Notes: generated by a model not told the origin, from the sequence alone. DNA of 64,000 nucleotides from Gemmatimonadota bacterium (GCA_947462095.1 CANHNQ010000001.1:12929-76928), one strand, 5' to 3'; shown: positions 10,375 to 20,133, numbered from the stretch's first letter. Made by a program: numbers and translations.

Positions 10375-11442
10375 CTACCTCGCCGTAAAGTCAGTCTCGG
10401 CGGTCACCGCGCGGCACGCTTCCGCGATCAACTCCGCTGCCCGGTCCAGGTCGTCGAGCGACACGAGTTCGTTGGGAGAATGCATGTAGCGGTTGGGGAT
10501 CGACAGCAGCGCCGTGGCCACGCCATCGCGCGTGAGATGAATGCCGTCGGCGTCTGTGCTCGTGAACCGACCCGCGGCATGCACGGAGTACGGGATGTCG
10601 AGCGTCTTGGCTGTGTCGGCCAGCAGACGGAACACCACCGGATGCACGATCGAGCCGCGGGTGAGTACGGGGCCACCGCCCACGTTGTGTTCGCCGAGCT
10701 CCTTCTTCTCCACGCCCGGGTGATCGGTGGCAAACGTGACGTCCACCGCGATCGCCATCTTGGCGTCGAGTTGCTGCGCGGCCACGCGTGCCCCACCGCC
10801 GGCGTAGCCGATCTCTTCCTGCGTTGTCGCGGCCGCGATCACGCGTGCCGCTCCCGGCTTCTCGGCGTAGCGCCGCAGGGCTTCGAGCACCACGAACGCG
10901 CCGATGCGGTCGTCGATCGCGCGGGACACGATGCGGTTGTTCGGCATCTCCATCACGCGCGCGTCGATCACACCGGCGTCGCCGATTTCCAGATGCTCCG
11001 CCGCTTCGGCCTTGTTCTGCACGCCGATGTCGACCCACAGGTCGGTGATCTTCGACGCCTTTTCGCGCTCGTCCGGCTTCATGAGGTGGATCGGCTTCTT
11101 GCCGATCACGCCGAATACGTCGCCGTGGCGTCCGAGAAAGCGCATGCGCTGCCCGACGAGCACCTGCGGGTCCCACCCTCCGATCGGCTCGAAGTAGATG
11201 AAGCCGTTCTCGTCGATGTAGGTCACGATCACGCCGATCTCATCGATATGGCCGGCCAGCAGGATCGTGGGGCCACCGCTCCCTTCCACCGTGGCGAGGC
11301 TGTTGCCGACGACATCGGCCTTCACGGAAGAGAACGTGGCGGCTTCGGCACGCCAGACGCGCGCCGGTGCGCCTTCGAAGCCCGACGGACCGGGCGTATC
11401 AAGCAGGCGCTTCAGGAAGGCTACGGAGGATTCAGAAAGCAT
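10375..11442 (-). CDS. M42 family metallopeptidase
   Basis: GPSGFE, AGHIDEIG, SRAIDDRIG, TQEEIG, AVDVT, STDAD, RYMHSPNE; start MLSESS. Confidence 0.95.
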   Translation of the reverse strand: MLSESSVAFLKRLLDTPGPSGFEGAPARVWRAEAATFSSVKADVVGNSLATVEGSGGPTILLAGHIDEIGVIVTYIDENGFIYFEPIGGWDPQVLVGQRMRFLGRHGDVFGVIGKKPIHLMKPDEREKASKITDLWVDIGVQNKAEAAEHLEIGDAGVIDARVMEMPNNRIVSRAIDDRIGAFVVLEALRRYAEKPGAARVIAAATTQEEIGYAGGGARVAAQQLDAKMAIAVDVTFATDHPGVEKKELGEHNVGGGPVLTRGSIVHPVVFRLLADTAKTLDIPYSVHAAGRFTSTDADGIHLTRDGVATALLSIPNRYMHSPNELVSLDDLDRAAELIAEACRAVTAETDFTAR

Positions 11443-11471
11443 AGCGCAAATATAGGTGCTATTCTTTGAGC

Positions 11472-11828
11472 ATGATCCTCCTTCTGGTCGCCATCGGCAT
11501 CGGTGCCGGCGTGCTCTCCGGTATTTTCGGGATCGGCGGCGGCATCGTGATCGTGCCGGCGCTGATCTACCTGGCCAAGATGCCCCCGCAGCAAGCCGCG
11601 GGTACGTCGCTCGCCGCCCTCGTGCTGCCACTTGGCGCCGCCGTCGGCGCCGCCGCGTACTACAAAGCCGGCCACCTGCATCCGAAGGACGCCCTGTTCA
11701 TTGCGGTGGGGATGGCCGCCGGCGCGTACTTCGGTGCCCAGATCGCCACCCACGTGGATGCCACCGTGCTACGCAAGATGTTCGCGGGGCTGATGGTGCT
11801 GATGGCGATAAAGTTGTGGGTGGGTTGA
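11472..11828 (+). CDS. TauE/SafE (TSUP) family half-size membrane protein
   Basis: SGIFGIGGGIVIVPAL, AAGTSL; four TM segments. Confidence 0.88.
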   Translation: MILLLVAIGIGAGVLSGIFGIGGGIVIVPALIYLAKMPPQQAAGTSLAALVLPLGAAVGAAAYYKAGHLHPKDALFIAVGMAAGAYFGAQIATHVDATVLRKMFAGLMVLMAIKLWVG

Positions 11829-11856
11829 AACTGTCGACTGTATTCTACGAATTCTG

Positions 11857-11980
11857 AACTGCCAACTGCTTAGGGGGCAGGAAGGAGGGTCTCAGGGTGG
11901 AGGACGCAGGACCTCGGCGTCGTGTTCCTGCCTCCTCCTTCCTGACACCCTCCTCCCTGCTTCCTAAGCCGTTGGCAGTT
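11857..11980. repeat. Intergenic palindromic repeat, full copy
   Basis: AACTGCCAAC..CTTAGG..GCAGGAAGGAGGGTCTCAGG / CCTGACACCCTCCTCCCTGC..CCTAAG..GTTGGCAGTT, between convergent genes. Confidence 0.75.
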
Positions 11981-11985
11981 TGCAG

Positions 11986-12888
11986 TCAGCGCACCCGCTC
12001 CGCATGCCGCGCATCAATCGCCGTGAACAACAGCGGATTGAAGATGCGCGCCATCGCCTCGATGCCGTCCACGATGCGCGGGCCGGGGCGGCTCACCAAC
12101 CCGTTGGCGTCCAGCGCCCATACCTGACGTCCGGCCAGCCACGACCACTCTGGCAGTGCTAGGCACCGCTTCGCTTCCGCCACCGATGCCTTGAGCGAGT
12201 AACCGCAGGGGGCGAACAGCACGAACTGCGGATCGGCCAGCACCAGCTGTTCCATCGGGACCGTGGTGGAGTGCGTGCCGGCGGTGCCGAGTACGTCGAA
12301 ACCACCGGCGCGCTTGATCTGCTCGGGGCCCCAATGTCCCGCGATGTACACCGGGTCGGTCCACTCGATGAGCGCGGCGCGTGGACGCGGCGCTTTGGCG
12401 GCCTTCAGAATGTCGTGCACATGCTTCACGCGGTCATGCAGTCCGGCCACCAATTCCTCGGCTTCGTCGCTGGCGTTCATCACCTGCGCGACGGCCTGAA
12501 TGTCGGCGTACACCCCGTCCAGCGTGGTGCCGCCCAGCGTCACGATGCGCGGCACCGGTGAGAGCTTCTCGGCCAAGGCGCGCACGTCGGTTTCGCTGAT
12601 CGCACACACGTCGCACAGTGCCTGTGTGAGCAGCACGTCGGGGTGCAGCGCCTTGATGCGCGACTCGTCCATCGAAAACAGCGCATGCCCCGCGCCATGC
12701 AGTTCGCGCACCGCCGCGTCGATCACCGCCGGGTCGTTCGAATGCGGAATACTGCTCTTTGTGACGCGAGCTCGTGACACCACGATGTCAGGATAGTCGC
12801 ATTCGTGCGTCACGCCCACGAGGTGCTCGGTGGCACCGAGAAAGGCCATGATCTCGGTGGCGGCGGGGAGCAGGGAGACAGTGCGCAT
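11986..12888 (-). CDS. BtuF-like / cobalamin-siderophore periplasmic-binding fold protein
   Basis: MRTVSLLPAATEI, GVTHECDYP, TQALCDVCA, EWTDP, SRPGPRIVDG. Confidence 0.85.
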   Translation of the reverse strand: MRTVSLLPAATEIMAFLGATEHLVGVTHECDYPDIVVSRARVTKSSIPHSNDPAVIDAAVRELHGAGHALFSMDESRIKALHPDVLLTQALCDVCAISETDVRALAEKLSPVPRIVTLGGTTLDGVYADIQAVAQVMNASDEAEELVAGLHDRVKHVHDILKAAKAPRPRAALIEWTDPVYIAGHWGPEQIKRAGGFDVLGTAGTHSTTVPMEQLVLADPQFVLFAPCGYSLKASVAEAKRCLALPEWSWLAGRQVWALDANGLVSRPGPRIVDGIEAMARIFNPLLFTAIDARHAERVR

Positions 12889-13013
12889 TCGGGAAATCGC
12901 CTGTGGGTTTCGAGTCGTGAGTAAAAGTTTCGCGTTCTGCGTTGGTCGGTCCGCGCTGTTCGTAGGCAACCCACAACTCCAAACTTCAACTCACCACTCC
13001 AAACTCACACGGT

Positions 13014-14696
13014 CTACTTGGCCGCCTCGAATACCGCCTTCCCACCAACCCACGTGGACAGTACCCTCGTCTTCATGACCATCTCGCTCGGCACCCGCAT
13101 GATATCCGTGTCGAGAATGACGAAGTCGGCGAGCTTGCCCGCCGTGATCGATCCCATCGACGATTCCTGAAAGCCCGCGTACGCGGCCCAGATTGTCATG
13201 CTGCGCAGCGCGTCCTCGCGGGACATCTTCTGCTCGGGGAACCACCCGCCTGCCGGCCAGTTTTGCGCATCCTGCCGCGCAATGGCTGCGTGGAACGAGA
13301 TCAGCGGGTTCACCTGCTCCACCGGGAAGTCACTGCCGTTCGGAATCACCACGCCCGTCTGCAGCAGCGACTGCCACGCATATGCACCGTACAGGCGCGT
13401 AGGGCCGAGTCGCTTGCCGATCCAGTACATGTCGCTGGTTTGATGACTGGCCTGCATGCTGGGAATCACGCCCAACTGCGCAAAACGCGGGATGTCGTCG
13501 TAATGCAGGATCTGCGCGTGCTCCACGCGGAACCGATGATCCGCCGTGGGCACCGTCTTCAGTGCCTGCTCGTACGCGTCGAGCACCACGCGATTGCCGC
13601 GGTCGCCGATGGCGTGCGAGTTGATTTGGAACCCCGCCTTGAGGCCGCGTTCGGCCACCTCGCGGATGTGCTCCTGCGTGCTTTTCAACAACCCCGAGTT
13701 GTTCGGGTCGTCGCTGTACGGCTCCAGCAACGCCGCCCCACGCGAGCCCATCGCGCCGTCGGCATACAGCTTGACCGCGCGCACCCACAGCTGCCCGTCG
13801 TACATCGCCGACTGCGGCCCCTTCGCGAAATAGTGATCAAGCGCCGCCTTGTCGTCGCCGATCATCACGTACAGCCGAAGATTCAGTTCCTTGGCCTTGG
13901 CCAGCTCCTCGTAGGTGTCGATGGCCTGGCGCGTGGCGCCGGCATCGTGCATGCCCGTGAGTCCCCAGCTGTGCATGACCGCGATCGCTTCCTTGAGCGC
14001 GCTCTTGTACTCGGCCGCCGTGGGTGCCGGTACTTTGGCTTCCAGCACATCGCTGGCATTGTCCACGAACACGCCGGTGGGATTCCCCTTGGCGTCCTTG
14101 ATGATCTGTCCGCCCACCGGCGCCTTCGAGGCGGCGGTGACACCGGCCGCCTTCATCGCGGCCACGTTGGCGTAGGTCGCATGGCCGTCTACGCGCTCCA
14201 GCAACACCGGATGATCGGGCAACGCCGCCGTGAGGGCGTCGTGCGTGGGGAAGTCCGTCACGCCCCAGTCGTTCTGATCCCAGCCACGGCCCGTGATCCA
14301 CGTGCCCTTGGGCACCGACTTCGACTTGGCCACCACGCGTGCGATCACCTCGGCCTGGCTGGTCGTACCGGTGAGATCCACCGAGCGCAGCGTCTGCGCG
14401 AGCCCGCTGAAGTGCGCGTGGGCATCGACCATCCCCGGGATCACCGTGCGTCCGCCGGCATCGACCACGCGGGTGTTCGGTCCCTTGAGGACGGCGGCTT
14501 CGCGCTGCGAGCCCACGAAGGCAATGCGGCCATCGCGCACCGCGAACGCCTCCACCAGCGGGCGGGCGTCGTCGGCGGTGTACACGCGGGCGTTGGTGAC
14601 GATCAGGTCGGCCGGCTGAGGCGCAGCGATCTGCGCCGACAGGGCGAAGGGCGCCGCCAACAGAGCAGCGCCAAGGAGAGCACGGAAAGCGATCAT
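13014..14696 (-). CDS. Secreted amidohydrolase (YtcJ-like)
   Basis: Signal peptide, PGMVDAHAH, KLYADGAMGSRGA, HAIGDR, RVEHAQ, GSDFPV. Confidence 0.93.
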   Translation of the reverse strand: MIAFRALLGAALLAAPFALSAQIAAPQPADLIVTNARVYTADDARPLVEAFAVRDGRIAFVGSQREAAVLKGPNTRVVDAGGRTVIPGMVDAHAHFSGLAQTLRSVDLTGTTSQAEVIARVVAKSKSVPKGTWITGRGWDQNDWGVTDFPTHDALTAALPDHPVLLERVDGHATYANVAAMKAAGVTAASKAPVGGQIIKDAKGNPTGVFVDNASDVLEAKVPAPTAAEYKSALKEAIAVMHSWGLTGMHDAGATRQAIDTYEELAKAKELNLRLYVMIGDDKAALDHYFAKGPQSAMYDGQLWVRAVKLYADGAMGSRGAALLEPYSDDPNNSGLLKSTQEHIREVAERGLKAGFQINSHAIGDRGNRVVLDAYEQALKTVPTADHRFRVEHAQILHYDDIPRFAQLGVIPSMQASHQTSDMYWIGKRLGPTRLYGAYAWQSLLQTGVVIPNGSDFPVEQVNPLISFHAAIARQDAQNWPAGGWFPEQKMSREDALRSMTIWAAYAGFQESSMGSITAGKLADFVILDTDIMRVPSEMVMKTRVLSTWVGGKAVFEAAK

Positions 14697-14718
14697 GAAG
14701 CCAGGGTAGGAGGGTCCG

Positions 14719-14762
14719 AAAAAGAGTAACGCGGGGCGACCGTGATGGTCACCCCGCGTTAC
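14719..14762 (-). terminator. Intrinsic terminator downstream of the fasciclin gene
   Basis: GTAACGCGGGG...CCCCGCGTTAC stem followed on the minus strand by TCTTTTTC. Confidence 0.75.
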
Positions 14763-14805
14763 GCCCTACTCCCTACTCCCTACTGTCTACTGCGCAGTGA
14801 CCGAG

Positions 14806-15294
14806 TTACTTCGCCGGCGGCAGGATCACCGCGTCGATCACGTGGATCACGCCGTTCTTGGCGATGATGTCCGTCTTCACGACATGCGCATTGTTGAGCA
14901 TGACCGTGCTGCCCATGAGCATGACCTTCGCCTCGGCGCCCTGCACCGTCTTCGCGCCCTTGCCGTTCAGCTTCACGACGTCGGCCGCCATCACCTTACC
15001 GGCGACGACATGATACAGGAGCACGTTCTTGAGCGCGGCCTTGTCGGCCAGGAGCGCGTCGAGCTGCGCCTTCGGGATCTTGGCGAAGGCTTCGTCGGTC
15101 GGGGCGAACACCGTGAACGGGCCCGGGCCCTTGAGCGTCTCGATCAGGCCGGCGGCCGTGAGGGCCGTGGCGAGGGTCTTGAACGAACCCGCAGCCACCG
15201 CCGTCTCGACGATGTCCTTGTCCTGCGCCTGCGCGATCGACGGGGCAGCCACCGCGAACATGGCACCAGCAACCAGCATGGACAGCTTACGCAT
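14806..15294 (-). CDS. Fasciclin (FAS1) domain secreted protein
   Basis: Signal peptide, [30 protein letters not shown]. Confidence 0.96.
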   Translation of the reverse strand: MRKLSMLVAGAMFAVAAPSIAQAQDKDIVETAVAAGSFKTLATALTAAGLIETLKGPGPFTVFAPTDEAFAKIPKAQLDALLADKAALKNVLLYHVVAGKVMAADVVKLNGKGAKTVQGAEAKVMLMGSTVMLNNAHVVKTDIIAKNGVIHVIDAVILPPAK

Positions 15295-15439
15295 CAGTTG
15301 GAGCTCCGAAATATCAGTGTCGAATTGTGTTTAGGACCAACCGGTCCTATGCCACTTGAACACGCGCCCCCTGATACGGGTTCCGCTGTCACTCAACTGT
15401 GACAAAGCCGCTGCGGGTTGGAATACGGGTCCGAACTGT

Positions 15440-15550
15440 GGAACTGCACAAAGCGTACGAAGCAGGTGAGGAGGTTGTCAGGAAGGAGGGGCAGGTGTAC
15501 CGCGCGCCGTTACTGCTTCCTCCTTCCTGCCTCCTACGCTGGTGGCAGCT
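15440..15550. repeat. Degenerate copy of the palindromic repeat
   Basis: GCAGGTGAGGAGGTTGTCAGGAAGGAGGGGCAG...CTGCTTCCTCCTTCCTGCCTCC. Confidence 0.6.
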
Positions 15551-15562
15551 CAACACCAGTGG

Positions 15563-16159
15563 TCACAACAGGGCGCCAGTGATCACCGACTCGAGGATCC
15601 CCAGCCCGAAGTACGCAATCAGCACCGTGATGTCGATCATGCCGATCGTCGGGATCACCTGCCGCAGCGGCGCCAGGAACCACTCGGTGAGCACGAATGA
15701 CCAGCGCCACCACTTGGAATAGGCGCTGCCGCCGACCCAGCTCGAGATCACGCGGGCGAAGAGGGCGATGCGCAGCACGCTGAACGTCCAGCGCACCAGC
15801 AGCGCCGCCAGCGACGCCGTCGAGCCGCTCATGTACGCCAGCATCATGAGCTGATCGCGCAGGAAGCCCACGGCAGAGAGCAGGATGAGCCCACCCACGA
15901 TCACGGCGGCCAGGGCCCACCAAGGGGCGGCGTACGGCGTGCCGCCGGCGCGCATGATGCGGCGCTCCATGGGCGCGATCAGCCACGGGTCCACCTTGTC
16001 GCGGGTAAAGCGCGCGAAGGGGGAGAAGGGCGAAATCTTGCGGGTGCGCACGCTGTACGACACCACGGCCGCCGCGGCGGCGAGGGCGCCAGCCACGAAG
16101 ACGGCGGGACGCAGCACACTAAGGAGCAGATCGAGAACACCGACGAGGGATCCAAGCAT
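15563..16159 (-). CDS. YggT family membrane protein (two repeats)
   Basis: LTEWFLAPLRQVIPTIGMIDIT; N-terminal repeat DPWLIAPMERRI. Confidence 0.9.
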   Translation of the reverse strand: MLGSLVGVLDLLLSVLRPAVFVAGALAAAAAVVSYSVRTRKISPFSPFARFTRDKVDPWLIAPMERRIMRAGGTPYAAPWWALAAVIVGGLILLSAVGFLRDQLMMLAYMSGSTASLAALLVRWTFSVLRIALFARVISSWVGGSAYSKWWRWSFVLTEWFLAPLRQVIPTIGMIDITVLIAYFGLGILESVITGALL

Positions 16160-16183
16160 AGGCGAATGATACTCCCGAGCGGT

Positions 16184-17473
16184 TCAGTCGGCTCGGTCCG
16201 CCAGTCGTGGATGCTCCCGTGTCCGCATCGCAGACCGCGCCGCGACTGCCCCAGACGCGAGCAGCGCCATCATGATCACCCAGTCGCGCGCCCCGATCGG
16301 GGCCACACCGAAGAACCGGGGCATCGCTGCCGCGCCCACCCACAGCCACAGCATCGCGACGCCCAGCGCGCGACCGCTCCGGGCCGCTGCCTGAATCCCC
16401 CACCATCCGATCGGCATCATCAACGCAGCAAGCCAGCAGATATGCGCCAATAGCTCGAAAGTACCACCAATTGAGAACACCGTCTGGATCAGCGCCCACC
16501 CGATCACCGGCGTGAGCGCCATCGCCCGCGCTTCCGTGAACGCTGCCGAGGTGGCCGAGAGCCGCAGCGTATCGGGCGCACTCCACGCGTCCAGTACAAT
16601 CGGCCGAGGATCGGTGATCGAGCGCCCCGCGAATACGCCATCGAGGCGCAGTGAGGGCATGGCCAGCCCCCAGTCCCACGCTCGCCGCGTCACCACGAGC
16701 TTCGCCGCGAGGTCTTCCTCGCCCACGAAGGCCACCGCCGACGAATCGCCGGCGACGTGCAGAAACGCGATGGGCACCACGAACGGTTCGAGTTCACGTC
16801 CTCGAAGCACGGCCCGCATCGCCACGACGGCCGGCTCCCGCGACACCTCAATGAGGACCGGCCCGGTCCCACGATGCGTGGTGGCGTATCCGTTCACGGA
16901 CACGCTGTCGGTGAGCCCACCGTACCACGCCTGACCGGGAACACGCGGGAACGGACTCGGCGCGTAACGCGGTGCCGCTCCACGATCCTCCCAGGGTCGC
17001 TCGATCCTTCCCGACCGCGGCCCCAACGCCGCACTGGTGAGCGCAAGCACGGCCACCACACCCGCCGCCCACCCCCAAGCCAGCCGCACCGCCACCCGCC
17101 ATGACGCCGGGAAGAGCATCCCACGCAGCGCCAGCACCCACACCCCCACCAATCCGCCCAACGCATTCGCCACCACATCCGCTAACGCCGCCGAGCGCAT
17201 GGGGGGAAATCCAATCGACTGCAGCCACTCCACCCCCAGCGAGAACCCCGCCGAGAGCAGCGCCACCACCCACCACCGCACACCCAACATCGCGAGCGCC
17301 AACCCCAGCGGCGCAAACAACACCACGTTGCTGATGCCATCGGTGAGCCACAAACCACCGCAGGCCAGACACCACCGAGGTGGCATCTGGCCCGCCGTGA
17401 TCGCGTTGTACGGCGCCAGCGTCGCCAACAGGATGAGCGCCACACTCCCCGCCAGTACGACGCGCCGCTTCAC
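16184..17473 (-). CDS. VanZ-domain membrane protein
   Basis: NVVLFAPLG, SLGVEWLQ, R...DVVANALGG; GTG 17473 with GGAG upstream. Confidence 0.8.
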   Translation of the reverse strand: MKRRVVLAGSVALILLATLAPYNAITAGQMPPRWCLACGGLWLTDGISNVVLFAPLGLALAMLGVRWWVVALLSAGFSLGVEWLQSIGFPPMRSAALADVVANALGGLVGVWVLALRGMLFPASWRVAVRLAWGWAAGVVAVLALTSAALGPRSGRIERPWEDRGAAPRYAPSPFPRVPGQAWYGGLTDSVSVNGYATTHRGTGPVLIEVSREPAVVAMRAVLRGRELEPFVVPIAFLHVAGDSSAVAFVGEEDLAAKLVVTRRAWDWGLAMPSLRLDGVFAGRSITDPRPIVLDAWSAPDTLRLSATSAAFTEARAMALTPVIGWALIQTVFSIGGTFELLAHICWLAALMMPIGWWGIQAAARSGRALGVAMLWLWVGAAAMPRFFGVAPIGARDWVIMMALLASGAVAARSAMRTREHPRLADRAD

Positions 17474-17508
17474 TCCATACTCCGTACGCCCTACTCCGTA
17501 CGTCGCCG

Positions 17509-18687
17509 TTACCGAAGGACCGCCTTCGCAATGGTGTTCAACTGCATGTTGCTCGTCCCCTCGTAGATCGTGCCGATCTTCGCGTCCCGATAGAACTTCT
17601 CCACCGGATACTCGCGCGTATACCCGTATCCGCCGAACAGCTCCACGCACAGCGATGTCACCTTCTCGGCCATCTGCGACGAGTACAGCTTCGCCATGGC
17701 TCCTTCGCGCGCGATGTCCTGACCCGCATCCTTCAGGCGCGCCGCATTGTACACCATCAGGCGTGCGGCCTCGAGCTCGGTGGCGGCCTGCGCCACCTGA
17801 AACTGAATGCCCTGGAATTCCGCGAGCGCTTTGCCGAACTGCTTGCGCTCCTTGAGATGGGCCACGGCCGCCGTGAGGGCGCCCTGCGCCACGCCGATCA
17901 TCTGCGCGCCGATGCCGATGCGCCCCTCGTTCAACGTTTCGATGGCAATCTTGTAGCCGATGCCCACGTCGCCGAGCACATTCGCGTCACTCACGAAGGT
18001 GTTCTCGAAGTGCAGTGACGTGGTGCTCGACGCGCAGATGCCCAGCTTGTGCTCCTTCTTGCCCACGGAGAAGCCGGCTGTGCCGCGCTCCACGATGAAG
18101 GCCGTGATCCCCTTGTAGCCCATGTCGGGGCGTGTGTTCGCGAACACCACGAACACATCGGCCTCACCGCCATTCGTGATCCACGCCTTCGAACCGTTCA
18201 GCGTCCAGCCGCCTTCCGTTTTCTCGGCGCGCGTGGCCAAGCCGAACGCATCCGACCCGGAACCCGGCTCAGAGAGTGCGTACGCGCCGATCGTCCCCGC
18301 CGTCATGCGCGGGAGAATGCGCGCGCGCTGCTCGGCGTTGCCGTAGCGGTACAGCGGATAGTTCACGAGCGTGTTCTGCACGTCGACCTGAATGGCTGCC
18401 GACGCGTCGACCTTGCTGAGCTCTTCCACGGCGATCGCGACCATCATGAGTGATCCGCCGGCACCGCCAAATTCTTCCGGCAGTTCGATCCCCATGAGCC
18501 CGAGCTCCACGAACTTCGCCGTGAGCGCGGGGTCGATCTTTCCGGCGTCCTCCATCGCACGAACGCGAGGCCGCACCTCCGTTTCGGCCAGATCGGCCAC
18601 GGCGGAGCGGAACAGCTCCTCCTCCTCGGAGAACATCGTGAGGGGAGCGCGGGTGAGGTCGGAAGCGGACGGAGCGTTCATCGCCAT
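17509..18687 (-). CDS. Acyl-CoA dehydrogenase (short/branched-chain-like)
   Basis: YALSEPGSGSD, GSKAWITN, NEGRIGIGAQ, RKQFG, GGYGY, IYEGTSNMQ. Confidence 0.96.
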   Translation of the reverse strand: MAMNAPSASDLTRAPLTMFSEEEELFRSAVADLAETEVRPRVRAMEDAGKIDPALTAKFVELGLMGIELPEEFGGAGGSLMMVAIAVEELSKVDASAAIQVDVQNTLVNYPLYRYGNAEQRARILPRMTAGTIGAYALSEPGSGSDAFGLATRAEKTEGGWTLNGSKAWITNGGEADVFVVFANTRPDMGYKGITAFIVERGTAGFSVGKKEHKLGICASSTTSLHFENTFVSDANVLGDVGIGYKIAIETLNEGRIGIGAQMIGVAQGALTAAVAHLKERKQFGKALAEFQGIQFQVAQAATELEAARLMVYNAARLKDAGQDIAREGAMAKLYSSQMAEKVTSLCVELFGGYGYTREYPVEKFYRDAKIGTIYEGTSNMQLNTIAKAVLR

Positions 18688-18799
18688 CGGGGTGTGGGGG
18701 GAGTGATCCCTTAGGATTTAAGGAGCGGACCCGTTCTGGAGAAGGTCAGGGCGAAAGTGCCGTTCTGGCGCCTCCGGCATCTCGGCCTACATTGAGCGC

Positions 18800-20086
18800 G
18801 TGACCGCGATGAACTGCCCCTGCGGCGAAACCTATCATGTGAGCCCGGCGCACGCCGGGGCTCGAATTCGCTGTCGGCGGTGCGATCGCGTACTCGTCAT
18901 TCACGCGCCGAGCGCGCCGCCGCCACCGGCGGGAAAATCGACGCGTCGCCGACGTGTTCGTGCGGACGGTATCATCCGGCCTCCGAGCGCCGCCGAGCGA
19001 CTGTATGCCGGCATCTGGCATCGCGTTCGCGCCCTTGTTTCACGCCCGCAGAACACGGCGAGCCCTCGTTCGGAACGATGGGTCGCACCGTTCACATCCA
19101 TTATCGGGCTGCTAGTCACGGGTGCGTCACTCGGCGCCATCGCGCTCGCCGTGTATCTGCAGTTGCAAGCCGACCGCACGCCTCTGGGGATGTTGTTGTT
19201 GTTCGCGCCACTCTGGTGGCTGTCGTTCCCGTGGATTCTGCTCGTACCACTCGCCTTCGCAAAATCCTGGCGCGTCGGCAGCGTCGCCCTCCTCGGCGCC
19301 GTGGTCACGCTGTTCGGTGTCAGCCGGTTCGAGGTGCCCGAAGTGTTCTCGCCGGACGCCGACAAACGAGCGCTTCGAATCGTGAGCTACAACACGGACC
19401 GATCCGCCCGACTGGCCGATCGCGTCCGGTCTGACATCGCCGCTTGGGACGCCGACGTCGTCCTGTTCCAGGACTGCAAGACCATCGTGTCGGACTCGCT
19501 TCGCGCCATCACGACGCTGACCGTGCACGTGACACCAGAGTTCTGTTTCGCCACGCGGCTTCCCGTTGAACAGGTAGACAGCTTGCGGACGGTGCTGCGG
19601 CCGGGCACGCAGGGCGTTGGTCGGTTCGGTCGAGCGATGCGCTATGTGGTCAAAACGAACGGGGGCTCGCTGCCGATCTACTCCGTGCACCTGGAATCGC
19701 CGCGTGATGCGCTCTCGGCCGCGCTGCATTTGAACTTCACGTTGCTGCAGAACAGCGTGAACTGGCGCACGATGGACTCGAGGCTGACCAGCAATTGGAT
19801 CAGTCGTGCCGATTCAGCCTTCGTGGTCGCCGGCGACTTTAATCTGCCCGCCGGCAGTCGCGTGCTGAACGACGACTGGGGCGATCTGGTGAGCGCCCTG
19901 TCAGCCCGCCACCTCGGGTTCGGACACACTATGATCGCCGGCAAGCACCGGGTGCGAATCGACCACGTCTTCGCCCCGCCAACGCTCGTTCCGGAGGTCG
20001 TGCGCCTGTATCGCGGATTCCCGTCAGAGCACCAGCCGATCCTCGTGGACTACGCCTGGCGCGGTGCGCGCCCGGTGAGGCGCTGA
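18800..20086 (+). CDS. Endonuclease/exonuclease/phosphatase family membrane protein with N-terminal Zn-ribbon
   Basis: CPCG...CRRC, three TMs, VSYN, VHLES, AGDFN, RIDHV, SEHQP. Confidence 0.85.
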   Translation: MTAMNCPCGETYHVSPAHAGARIRCRRCDRVLVIHAPSAPPPPAGKSTRRRRVRADGIIRPPSAAERLYAGIWHRVRALVSRPQNTASPRSERWVAPFTSIIGLLVTGASLGAIALAVYLQLQADRTPLGMLLLFAPLWWLSFPWILLVPLAFAKSWRVGSVALLGAVVTLFGVSRFEVPEVFSPDADKRALRIVSYNTDRSARLADRVRSDIAAWDADVVLFQDCKTIVSDSLRAITTLTVHVTPEFCFATRLPVEQVDSLRTVLRPGTQGVGRFGRAMRYVVKTNGGSLPIYSVHLESPRDALSAALHLNFTLLQNSVNWRTMDSRLTSNWISRADSAFVVAGDFNLPAGSRVLNDDWGDLVSALSARHLGFGHTMIAGKHRVRIDHVFAPPTLVPEVVRLYRGFPSEHQPILVDYAWRGARPVRR

Positions 20087-20133
20087 CCACCGGAGGGCGG
20101 GGTCGGTCCCCCTTGCTCGTGTTATGGTCGAGT

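Noticed and set aside
12889-13013. Cobalamin riboswitch upstream of the BtuF-like gene
   Set aside because: The gap is too short and no B12-box is recognisable.
3741-15550. CRISPR array interpretation of the repeats
   Set aside because: Copies are dispersed and degenerate, with no regular spacers and no cas genes.
17040-17330. Strong C/A-rich strand skew
   Set aside because: Explained by Val/Gly/Trp/Leu-rich TM codons of the minus-strand VanZ gene.
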